A stretch of 64,000 bases of DNA, taken from contig CABUIX010000001.1 of the NCBI GenBank assembly GCA_902491795.1, positions 24,054 through 88,053 on the forward strand. The letters run 5' to 3'. The first letter of the stretch is position 1. Each line of letters begins with the position of its first letter. Origin of the DNA: an uncultured Bacteroidales bacterium. GTDB taxonomy: Bacteria; Bacteroidota; Bacteroidia; Bacteroidales; UBA932. Below, in pieces: positions 34,985 to 42,831 of the stretch. Position numbers and translations under genes: made by a program. Below the pieces are notes generated by a model. That model made no database searches. It was not told where the DNA came from and was given only the letters and a program-made list of their open reading frames with translations.

Positions 34985-37345
34985 ATGAACAATCGCAAAT
35001 ACAGCACTCTACTGGCCGTCCTTGCCATAGCGGCCCTGTCTTCCTGCACCAAGCAGAACTTCGGCAATCCCGGAGAGATTACCGTGGAGACTTCCGGATC
35101 AATGGACATCCTGTGCTTCACAGGCACGGAACAGTCCGGGGGCCCGGCCGGTCTGCAGTCAACAAAGGCCCTGATTTCATCAACATCATCCGAAACCATG
35201 GAGGCCAATTTCGTCAGAATCGACGACGTCAACGCCTTCAGCGCCCCGGAAACGGCATACCCCCGACTGTCGGAAGCTTATGTCACGGAAGCTACGATTT
35301 TCGCTCCCTCAAGTTTGTCAGGAGCCATGCCTCTGCGCAACACTGTATTTGAGCCGGAGCAGCATTACCGCTACGAAATAGCGTCAGCAACCACCGACAC
35401 CACATTCTACAAGACAAGGATGGTGGGGTGGTATCCGCGCACCTGCGTACTGGGCAGAGACCAGGAAGGACAGGCTGCAACTGCCGGCTTCGACCAGTTC
35501 CCGTCGTTCTGGAATGACGGGACATCCACCGGAATTACTTTCGGAGGGATGCTTGACGGTCAGACCGACATCATGGTCAGCAACATGAGGGAGGGAATGC
35601 ACCAGAGCAACGCATATCACGAAGGCCAAAGCGGAGCGGCAGCCCCTTTCGGATCTTCCAATTTTTTCACTTTCAGGCACTATCTGACTGCAGTCAGACT
35701 CTATCTGCAATGCAGCAGCAGCGATCTGTCCCTGGTATCATGGGGAAAGATTGAAAACGTGATATTTCCGGACCAGCCGACAAGCGTCACTATAAGACTT
35801 CCGGAAGAACCCGGTGAAACCTTCGGAGAGCCGGTAGAAGATTCCTGGGCCGATCCAAAGGACCTGGGGATAATAACTTCCGCAATGACGGACGGTGCGG
35901 AGACGGTCAGCTACCCGTTCGCCCTTGTTGACAAAGTTGACGATTCCATTCAGGGGAAAATCTACCTTGGATACATGATGGTCCAGCCGGACCGTCCGAC
36001 AGCTTTCGAAATTCACACAGATGAAGGTGTCTATCGGCTGGAGATTCCTCTTGAATATGCAGCATCCGACGGAAAGGCCCGTACGCTGCTTGAAGCAGGG
36101 AAGATATACAACCTGAACATAAATATAAGTACTGACGGGAGACTGTCAGTTTTCGTAGGGAACGATGATGAGGTGAAATTCAGGGACCTTTCTCCCTGGA
36201 ACGTGACGGAAGGGAGATATCAGACAGCAAACACATACCTGATCAACACCTCAGAAGACACCGGTGCCGACGGACAACCCGTATACAGGGGTTATTTCTT
36301 CAATGCCATGCAGGTCGGCAACGGGGATAAAGGAAAGCTGAATGTTGCCAACAGGCAACTGTATCCTGCGGACGGCACGCGGATCCACCCGGTTTCGGCC
36401 AGCATACTTTACCAGACCCAGCTCAACACAGTCAGGAATGTGGAGCTGGTCGACGGACACGTGAGGTTCATACTGAACGAAAAATGCTATGACCAGAATG
36501 ACCCTCTTCAGGCAAATGCCGTGATTGCCGTCCATGACGAGGAGGGGAACATCCTGTGGTCCTGGCTCATCTGGGTCACCAGGGAAGCAAAGGCCGTGGA
36601 CTTCCCCGACGGAGGATTCTCGATGCTCAACATGAACCTTGGAGCCAATACCGCCGGTCCGGTGAACGGAGATCCCCTCCCCACATACGGTCTGTACTAC
36701 CAATGGGGACGCAAAGATCCTTCTCCCAGACCTCCCAGCTACAACTTTGACATGCGCAGCATGGAAACAATCCAGTTCTTCGGCCCCAACGGCGAACCGG
36801 TCAACTATGTGTCGGAGTTCTCCTCGGACGAAAACACCATCGAGGACAGTGCCCGCAATCCCCTGCTTATAATGGACCAGAACATACAGGGACCGAACTA
36901 CGCATACGACTGGCTATACTATGAAATCGACCAGTTGTGGGGCGAATCGACAAAGACGATCTATGATCCGTGCCCATATGGCTACAAGGTTGCGGACGAT
37001 GAAATCGAAAGGCTTTTCATCGCGGCACAAAACAGCTCACAGGCCGTGACCTATCAGAACCAGACCATTGGCAGAAACATTCCAGCAGGCACACTAGGTT
37101 CCAGTGAAGCGGTCTTCTTCCCCTTCGCGGGAAGAAAAGGATATGCCGCCGGAGTCCCGGACAAGGGGCATCCGTGGATGGAAGTAGGAAATTCGGGCGA
37201 CTACCAGGACGCCAGAATCAGAGTCTCAGGACACCGCAGCTCAAGCGTGCTGAACGGGACAGGTGTTTCTGTCGGGCAGGAAGCCAACAGGACCAGCGCT
37301 GCTCCCGTACGCTGTGTACGCTATTCCGCAGAAAGCCTTGAATGA
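34985..37345 (+). CDS. Large pilus-associated lipoprotein: N-terminal fimbrillin-like domain plus one beta-sandwich/FISUMP-like lectin-type module (second tip adhesin candidate)
   Basis: Lipobox ALSSC. Fimbrillin pattern: MVGWYPR, DIMVSNM, FFTFRHYLTAVRLYLQ. The C-terminal module holds TANTYLIN, GNILWSWLIWVT, LNMNLGAN, YGLYYQWGRKDP (36698-36721), IYDPCPYGYKVAD and PVRCVRY. Confidence 0.65.
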   Translation: MNNRKYSTLLAVLAIAALSSCTKQNFGNPGEITVETSGSMDILCFTGTEQSGGPAGLQSTKALISSTSSETMEANFVRIDDVNAFSAPETAYPRLSEAYVTEATIFAPSSLSGAMPLRNTVFEPEQHYRYEIASATTDTTFYKTRMVGWYPRTCVLGRDQEGQAATAGFDQFPSFWNDGTSTGITFGGMLDGQTDIMVSNMREGMHQSNAYHEGQSGAAAPFGSSNFFTFRHYLTAVRLYLQCSSSDLSLVSWGKIENVIFPDQPTSVTIRLPEEPGETFGEPVEDSWADPKDLGIITSAMTDGAETVSYPFALVDKVDDSIQGKIYLGYMMVQPDRPTAFEIHTDEGVYRLEIPLEYAASDGKARTLLEAGKIYNLNINISTDGRLSVFVGNDDEVKFRDLSPWNVTEGRYQTANTYLINTSEDTGADGQPVYRGYFFNAMQVGNGDKGKLNVANRQLYPADGTRIHPVSASILYQTQLNTVRNVELVDGHVRFILNEKCYDQNDPLQANAVIAVHDEEGNILWSWLIWVTREAKAVDFPDGGFSMLNMNLGANTAGPVNGDPLPTYGLYYQWGRKDPSPRPPSYNFDMRSMETIQFFGPNGEPVNYVSEFSSDENTIEDSARNPLLIMDQNIQGPNYAYDWLYYEIDQLWGESTKTIYDPCPYGYKVADDEIERLFIAAQNSSQAVTYQNQTIGRNIPAGTLGSSEAVFFPFAGRKGYAAGVPDKGHPWMEVGNSGDYQDARIRVSGHRSSSVLNGTGVSVGQEANRTSAAPVRCVRYSAESLE
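36215..37342 (+). repeat. Adhesin module copy 3 (protein-level repeat; boundaries approximate)
   Basis: It has the same ordered motif set as copies 1 and 2, in the adjacent gene. Confidence 0.55.
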
Positions 37346-37442
37346 CCCGTGACAGCACCAAAAATGCCCGAAACCTCACGGCTCCGGACATTACCAATAA
37401 AACAACCAATTATATGAAAATCCTTTTTGAAAAAGTTATCTT

Positions 37443-38822
37443 CTAATGCTGCCCCACGGGGATGCGCTGCCCTTCGCCGACCGAGGGACGTGAAAGCTTG
37501 CGGTAAATCCAGGTCATCGCAGGGACGAGGAACACACAGGCAGCCATCCATGCCATAGGGTCACCAAGGCAAACGCCCTTGAACTGCAGCGAAGGCACAA
37601 GCCACAGGCTTGCGGCAATTCGTGCAAACATCTCGAACACTCCAGACATCATGGCCAGGCGCGTGAAGCCGAGCCCCTGAATGGAGTAGCGCAGCACGCA
37701 AAGCGTTCCGAGGAAAATCCAGAAGGGGCTTGAAGTGTGAAGGAACATCACTGACTTCTCCACTATCTCAGTCTCGGACGCATCGACGAACATCTTCGTG
37801 AGGCCGTCGGCAAAAGTGAACATCACGGCATTGCCAAGAATCACATATACCGCAATCATGCCCAAAGCCGAATACAGGCCTCTGCGTATTCTCTGTATCT
37901 CACCTGCACCGAAATTCTGCCCGCAATATGTCGCCATCGCGACTCCAAGATTCTCGCACGGGCTGATGAAGAACATCTTGATCCTCATCGCCACGGTAAA
38001 CGCCGTCACTGAGGCAGTGCCAAGAGCATTGTTGGCACTCTGGAGCATGATGCTTCCTATCGCGGTAATCGAAAACTGCAGTCCCATCGGCACGCCTATG
38101 GAAAGCAGGTGCTTCTGATACTCCCAGCCTGCTCTCTTCTCCTCTTCAGACTCGCAATGCAGTATGCTGAAATGCCTGTACATATAAATGTAGCACAGCA
38201 GTGCGGATATTGCCTGCGAAATGACAGTGGCAACTGCAGCACCGGCTGCACCCCAGCCAAACACCACGATGAACAGCATGTCCAGCAACACGTTGAGAAA
38301 CGCGGACAATATGAGGAAGCAGAACGGTGTCTTGCTGTCGCCCAATGCCCTTATGATGCTCGCAAGAAGATTGTATGCCATCGTGAACGGAATACCGAGG
38401 AAGGTAATCAGCAGATACAGATAGGCGTCATGAAAAATCACGTCCGGAGTCTGCATCCAAAAAAGTATATTGTGGCATAGAAATGCTGTTGCCACGGCAA
38501 CAGCAAGCGAAATCGCGACACTTACCCGAAAGCTCGCGGAAACGTAGCGGCGAAGACTGCTGTAGTCCTTTGCACCAAAACTCTGGGCTATCGGAATCCC
38601 GAAACCGCCGGTGCATCCGTTACAGAAACCAAGAATCAGAAATATTACCGAAGAACCTGCGCCGACGGCGGCAAGGGCGTTCACTCCTACGAAATGCCCT
38701 ACGATAACTGCATCTATAAGGTTATATCCCTGCTGCAGGATACTTCCAAGTATCAGCGGCCACGCAAATCCAAGAATCAAGCGGGAAGGATTCCCGACCG
38801 TCATGTTCTTAATCATAGCCAA
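37443..38822 (-). CDS. MATE-family multidrug/toxic-compound efflux transporter
   Basis: 459 aa with about 12 predicted TM segments. The N-terminus MTVGNPSRLILGFAWPLILGSILQQGYNLIDAVIVGHFVG is the typical MATE (MatE repeat) signature. Confidence 0.85.
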   Translation of the reverse strand: MAMIKNMTVGNPSRLILGFAWPLILGSILQQGYNLIDAVIVGHFVGVNALAAVGAGSSVIFLILGFCNGCTGGFGIPIAQSFGAKDYSSLRRYVSASFRVSVAISLAVAVATAFLCHNILFWMQTPDVIFHDAYLYLLITFLGIPFTMAYNLLASIIRALGDSKTPFCFLILSAFLNVLLDMLFIVVFGWGAAGAAVATVISQAISALLCYIYMYRHFSILHCESEEEKRAGWEYQKHLLSIGVPMGLQFSITAIGSIMLQSANNALGTASVTAFTVAMRIKMFFISPCENLGVAMATYCGQNFGAGEIQRIRRGLYSALGMIAVYVILGNAVMFTFADGLTKMFVDASETEIVEKSVMFLHTSSPFWIFLGTLCVLRYSIQGLGFTRLAMMSGVFEMFARIAASLWLVPSLQFKGVCLGDPMAWMAACVFLVPAMTWIYRKLSRPSVGEGQRIPVGQH

Positions 38823-38894
38823 AATACGTCAGTCCAACCAACAAACGACTGACCTTCAAACAAATAAAAACTACTAACTAACCTTTTGTCGCTG

Positions 38895-38902
38895 CAAATA
38901 TA
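38895..38902 (-). promoter_or_regulatory. Candidate -7 box for the MATE gene (minus strand)
   Basis: Plus-strand CAAATATA is TATATTTG on the minus strand, 73 nt upstream of the start at 38822. Confidence 0.3.
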
Positions 38903-39035
38903 ATCATTTTTTAAAATATTTAATAATTCTTGAAAATCTTTTTTGACGAATTTTCACATTCTCGGTCCGAACGTGCGGAAAGACTGCGGACACCTCCGGA
39001 ATCAACCGGGCCTTTCGGCCTGGGTGCCAGACGCT

Positions 39036-39073
39036 TTGTGTAAAAAAATGGAACGTTGTGTAAGAAAATGGAA
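39036..39073 (+). promoter_or_regulatory. Two direct repeats with 20-nt period just upstream of the mraZ promoter (MraZ operator candidate)
   Basis: TTGTGTAAAAAAATGGAA (39036-39053) and TTGTGTAAGAAAATGGAA (39056-39073) match at 17/18 positions. The second ends 10 nt before the -7 box. Confidence 0.45.
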
Positions 39074-39083
39074 AAATTTTCCC

Positions 39084-39091
39084 TATCTTTG
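39084..39091 (+). promoter_or_regulatory. Bacteroidetes-type -7 promoter box for the dcw cluster
   Basis: TATCTTTG is an exact TAnnTTTG match, 24 nt upstream of the mraZ ATG. Confidence 0.55.
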
Positions 39092-39114
39092 GCGTTGCGT
39101 ATAAGAAAAAGACA

Positions 39115-39567
39115 ATGGTCACTTTCATAGGAGAATATTCAGCCCGCCTGGACGACAAGGGAAGACTTGTGTTTCCCGCGCCGCTCAAGGCGTCCTTGCC
39201 TCCAGGAAGCGACATGAGGTTCGTCGTGAAAAAGGATCTCTTTGAACCCTGCCTGCAGATGTACACTCTCGAAGAGTGGACAAGGCAGTCAGAAAAAGTA
39301 AAGGATTCCCTCGATTTGACCTTCAACAGAAAACACGCAACATTCTGGAGAGAATACATGCGCGACAGGGACATTGTCGAACCCGACACAAGGTTCGGCA
39401 GAATCTCGATAAGCCGCAGACTCCTTGACAGCATAGGTGTAGGCAAAGAAGTGGTTTTCTCCGGCAATGACTTCAGGATTGAAATTTGGGCAAAGGAGAA
39501 ATTCGAGGAATCCAGAATTTCAAACGAAGAAATCATTGCCATTGCGGAAAGCCTCTCGCAAAAGTAG
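39115..39567 (+). CDS. mraZ: Transcriptional regulator MraZ
   Basis: FIGEYSARLDDKGRLVFPAPLK and a second SpoVT/AbrB-like half (RFGRISISRRLLDSIG). It is the first gene of the dcw cluster. Confidence 0.9.
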   Translation: MVTFIGEYSARLDDKGRLVFPAPLKASLPPGSDMRFVVKKDLFEPCLQMYTLEEWTRQSEKVKDSLDLTFNRKHATFWREYMRDRDIVEPDTRFGRISISRRLLDSIGVGKEVVFSGNDFRIEIWAKEKFEESRISNEEIIAIAESLSQK

Positions 39568-39577
39568 AGACTTCGCA

Positions 39578-40582
39578 ATGACCGAATATCATAACCCAGT
39601 ATTGCTGCGTCCCAGCGTGGATGCCGTCGTCAAGAACCCCGACGGCTGCTATGCCGATGCCACTTTCGGAGGCGGAGGGCACAGCCGTGAAATACTATCG
39701 AGACTCTCTCCTGAAGGCAGGCTCATAGCCTTTGACAGAGATTCGGATGCCCTGGCCCAGGCCCCGGATGACCCGCGCCTGATCCTCGTTCACAACAACT
39801 TCAGATTCATACATAATTATATCATGCTGCTGGCTTCGGGAGAGGCCGGCAACGATACCGTGAAGACTACAGGCAATGCGCCCCGCACTGCATTGCCGGA
39901 AATTGCAGGAGGAATCGACGGAGTGCTGGCTGACCTTGGAGTCAGTTCGCATCAGTTCGACACTGCGGAGAGAGGATTCTCCTTCCGATACGACTCCCCT
40001 CTGGACATGCGGATGAACGCGCAGGGCGGCAGAACAGCCGCTGACATTGTAAATTCTTATACGCAAGAAGAATTGGAAAAGGTTCTCAGGCTCTACGGAG
40101 AGGTTGACAACGCCTCCAGGATCTCGCAGCTGATAACAGAAGCGAGACTCAAGGCGCCGATTCTTACTACCGGTGACCTCGACAAGGCGATTGCCTCCGC
40201 CCTGCCCTCATTCGCCCAACACAAGCAGCTTGCCCGCATTTACCAGGCTTTCAGGATTGAAGTAAACGACGAGATGAGGTCGCTGGAAAAATTCCTTCAG
40301 GAAGCGGCCGAATCGCTGAAACCGGGAGGGAGGCTCGCAGTGATCACCTATCACTCAATCGAAGACCGCATGGTCAAGAACTTCATAAAGACCGGGAACA
40401 TTGAAGGCCTGGAGCACAAGGACGCGTTCGGGCGGACATGCGCCCCGCTCGCGGCCGTGAACAGAAAACCGATTGTACCCGAGGAAGAAGAGATTGCGGC
40501 GAACACTAGGGCGAGGAGCGCCAAGCTGAGGGTCGCGGAAAAAGTTGGCGCAGGAAAAGACAAGGGAGGCAGGGAAATATGA
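39578..40582 (+). CDS. rsmH: 16S rRNA (cytosine1402-N4)-methyltransferase RsmH
   Basis: ATG at 39578 (MTEYHNPVLLRPSVDAV). SAM motif DATFGGGGHS. GVSSHQFD, ITYHSIEDR and ARSAKLRVAEK. Confidence 0.93.
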   Translation: MTEYHNPVLLRPSVDAVVKNPDGCYADATFGGGGHSREILSRLSPEGRLIAFDRDSDALAQAPDDPRLILVHNNFRFIHNYIMLLASGEAGNDTVKTTGNAPRTALPEIAGGIDGVLADLGVSSHQFDTAERGFSFRYDSPLDMRMNAQGGRTAADIVNSYTQEELEKVLRLYGEVDNASRISQLITEARLKAPILTTGDLDKAIASALPSFAQHKQLARIYQAFRIEVNDEMRSLEKFLQEAAESLKPGGRLAVITYHSIEDRMVKNFIKTGNIEGLEHKDAFGRTCAPLAAVNRKPIVPEEEEIAANTRARSAKLRVAEKVGAGKDKGGREI

Positions 40583-40923
40583 CTTCGTGGAAATTTTCAG
40601 ATCTGCTCCGCCTCCTGCGCAACAGCTTCATAGCCGTGCTCAAAGGAGAGTTCCTGCTCAGGCTCAACGTCGGCAGGTACTTCGTCCACGTCATGTACAC
40701 CTTCCTGCTCATAGCCATAGTGATATGGCTGAGCCTCATGACCGAAAGCACGATGGCGAAGGTTGAGAGCAACAAGGCCGTACTCAAGGAGCTGGAGATA
40801 GAGAATGCCGAGCTGACCTACGAGGCGGCAAAGGCGGAAAGAAGGACAACAGTAGAGGCCAGGCTCAAAGCGCTGGGCTCGGGAGTCACTGAACCGGAGA
40901 AGCCGGCAGTGAGACTTCATTGA
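40579..40923 (+). CDS. ftsL: FtsL-like cell division protein (Bacteroidetes type)
   Basis: 114 aa with a single TM (VMYTFLLIAIVIWLSLM) followed by a coiled-coil. It sits between rsmH and ftsI, with an ATGA overlap with rsmH. Confidence 0.7.
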   Translation: MTSWKFSDLLRLLRNSFIAVLKGEFLLRLNVGRYFVHVMYTFLLIAIVIWLSLMTESTMAKVESNKAVLKELEIENAELTYEAAKAERRTTVEARLKALGSGVTEPEKPAVRLH

Positions 40924-40938
40924 CAAATACAGAAGAAT

Positions 40939-42831
40939 ATGCCGGACATCAACAATGCAATGCAGCCGAAGAAGAAAAGGGACAGGATAGGGGTAATACT
41001 CTATCTTGCATACTTCGTGATGCTGATCGGAGCGCTCCTGATAGTCCTGCGCATAATCTGGATACAGGTAATATTCCAGCCGCAGCCGGAAATCGCCGCA
41101 AAACTCACTCCGTCAGTCACCATGAGGACAATCGAACCCCAGCGCGGACGCATACTCGACTGCAACGGACGGCTGCTCGCGATCTCATGCCCTGAATACC
41201 AGTTCTACATGGACTGCACAATCCTGAAGGACGAAAACACTCCCGAGGAAGAGAAAGAATGGCTTGCAAAGGCCCGTGAACTTTCAAGAGGCCTCGCCAA
41301 GGAATTTCCCGAAATGACGGCGGACCAGTTCTACAGGCTGATCGTGACGAACCGCAATGACGAGAACAAGCCCGGAAGGAAATATGTGAAGATCGGGCAT
41401 CCGGTGGACCGGACAGCATACAACCGCATACTCCAGCTTCCGCTCTTCAATGAGGGGCGCTACAGGAGCGGAGTGCAGTTTGAGCAGGAAAACATCAGGG
41501 AATACCCCTACGGCGAACTCGCAAGAAGAACAATAGGATTCGTGCGCAACAACAAGTCTCCGGTCAAGAACACCCACATAGGACTCGAAGGCAAGTTCGA
41601 CTATGAGCTTCACGGCCAGGAAGGACGCGAATATCTGAGGGAAACTGACGAAGGCACAATACGCAACAGCGACAGCACAATAGTGAAGGCCGTCGACGGG
41701 AACGACCTGCGCTGCACCATCAACATCGACTACCAGGAAATCGCCGACCAGGCACTGAGGCAGCAGATTGAACCGGAAGAAGCCCTGGAGGGGGCATGTC
41801 TCGTGCTCATGGAAACAAAGACTGGTGCAATACGAGCAATGGTGAACCTTCTGCGCAGCGGCGACGAGCACACGGGAGAATTCGCCGAGATACAGAATCT
41901 TGCGATCGGACGCAAGAACGAACCGGGATCGGTATTCAAGACAGTGACGCTCACGTCGCTACTGAACGACGGCTACGTAAAGAGTCTGGAGGAAACGCTC
42001 CCGGCAACCGACGGCCATGTGGACGGAACCTCAATCACCGACAGCCACATTCCGGACTATGCGCGCCAGCACAACACCGACAAGATCTCAATAATCGACG
42101 GATTCAAGATATCCTCCAACTACATGTTCGCAAAACTCGCCGTGGACAACTATGCCAAGAACAGCCACGGAGACCGCACCGGGCAGTTCCTCTCGAACCT
42201 CTATACCTACAAGCTCGGCGACGCGTTCGACTTCGACCTTGACGGAATGCTCACGCCCACAATCCCCAGTCCGGAAACGCGATACTGGACAGATACAGAC
42301 CTCGGCTCAATCGCCTACGGCTACAGCACCAGCATGACTCCCATGCATATTCTCACATTCTACAACGCGCTTGCGAACAAGGGGAAAATGATGAAGCCCT
42401 ACCTGGTGGAGGATATCGAGTCAGACGGCAGGACAATAAGGAAGAGAGGACCCGCCACCCTCAACTCGGCCATCTGCTCAAGGGCAGTCGCTGACACGGT
42501 GACAAGAGCGCTCAAGGCCGTGACCGAGGAAGGCACCGCACGCAGGCTTCGCGGAGCCAAGTGCGCCGTGGCTGGAAAGACAGGAACATCTTTCGGCACC
42601 TTCGACAACGGCCAGTATTCCGATGAACTCGGCCGCCGCAAATATCAGGGGACCTTCGTAGGGTTTTTCCCGGCAGACAACCCCAAATACACAATAATCT
42701 GCACCGTATACTCGAAACCAACTTCAAGGAGCTTCCAGGGAGGAGGAATTCCTGCTGCGGCAATCAGGACGGTGATCGACAAACTGTACAACATAGACCT
42801 CGACCTTTCGGAAAACGCTGACAACAAATGA
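40939..42831 (+). CDS. ftsI: Penicillin-binding protein 3 (FtsI, class B transpeptidase)
   Basis: N-terminal TM segment. SxxK (GSVFKTV), SxN (ISSNY) and KTG (AGKTGTS) motifs. dcw position. Confidence 0.9.
   Translation: MPDINNAMQPKKKRDRIGVILYLAYFVMLIGALLIVLRIIWIQVIFQPQPEIAAKLTPSVTMRTIEPQRGRILDCNGRLLAISCPEYQFYMDCTILKDENTPEEEKEWLAKARELSRGLAKEFPEMTADQFYRLIVTNRNDENKPGRKYVKIGHPVDRTAYNRILQLPLFNEGRYRSGVQFEQENIREYPYGELARRTIGFVRNNKSPVKNTHIGLEGKFDYELHGQEGREYLRETDEGTIRNSDSTIVKAVDGNDLRCTINIDYQEIADQALRQQIEPEEALEGACLVLMETKTGAIRAMVNLLRSGDEHTGEFAEIQNLAIGRKNEPGSVFKTVTLTSLLNDGYVKSLEETLPATDGHVDGTSITDSHIPDYARQHNTDKISIIDGFKISSNYMFAKLAVDNYAKNSHGDRTGQFLSNLYTYKLGDAFDFDLDGMLTPTIPSPETRYWTDTDLGSIAYGYSTSMTPMHILTFYNALANKGKMMKPYLVEDIESDGRTIRKRGPATLNSAICSRAVADTVTRALKAVTEEGTARRLRGAKCAVAGKTGTSFGTFDNGQYSDELGRRKYQGTFVGFFPADNPKYTIICTVYSKPTSRSFQGGGIPAAAIRTVIDKLYNIDLDLSENADNK

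Noticed and set aside
37346-37442. Possible terminators between the convergent adhesin and MATE genes
   Set aside because: I found only a 6-bp stem with a 23-nt loop (ccgtga...tcacgg) and an AT-only palindrome (ctttttgaaaaag). Neither is convincing as an intrinsic terminator.
39467-39577. N-terminal extension of the rsmH ORF overlapping the 3' end of mraZ
   Set aside because: The extension has no RsmH-like sequence. The conserved N-terminus (YHNPVLL) begins right after the ATG at 39578, which lies 11 nt after the mraZ stop.
38904-39578. 224-aa minus-strand ORF covering the mraZ region
   Set aside because: It is entirely antisense to a well-supported mraZ plus its promoter. The sequence is low-complexity and Ser/Leu-rich, with no recognisable motif or plausible promoter context. 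I treat it as a spurious antisense ORF.
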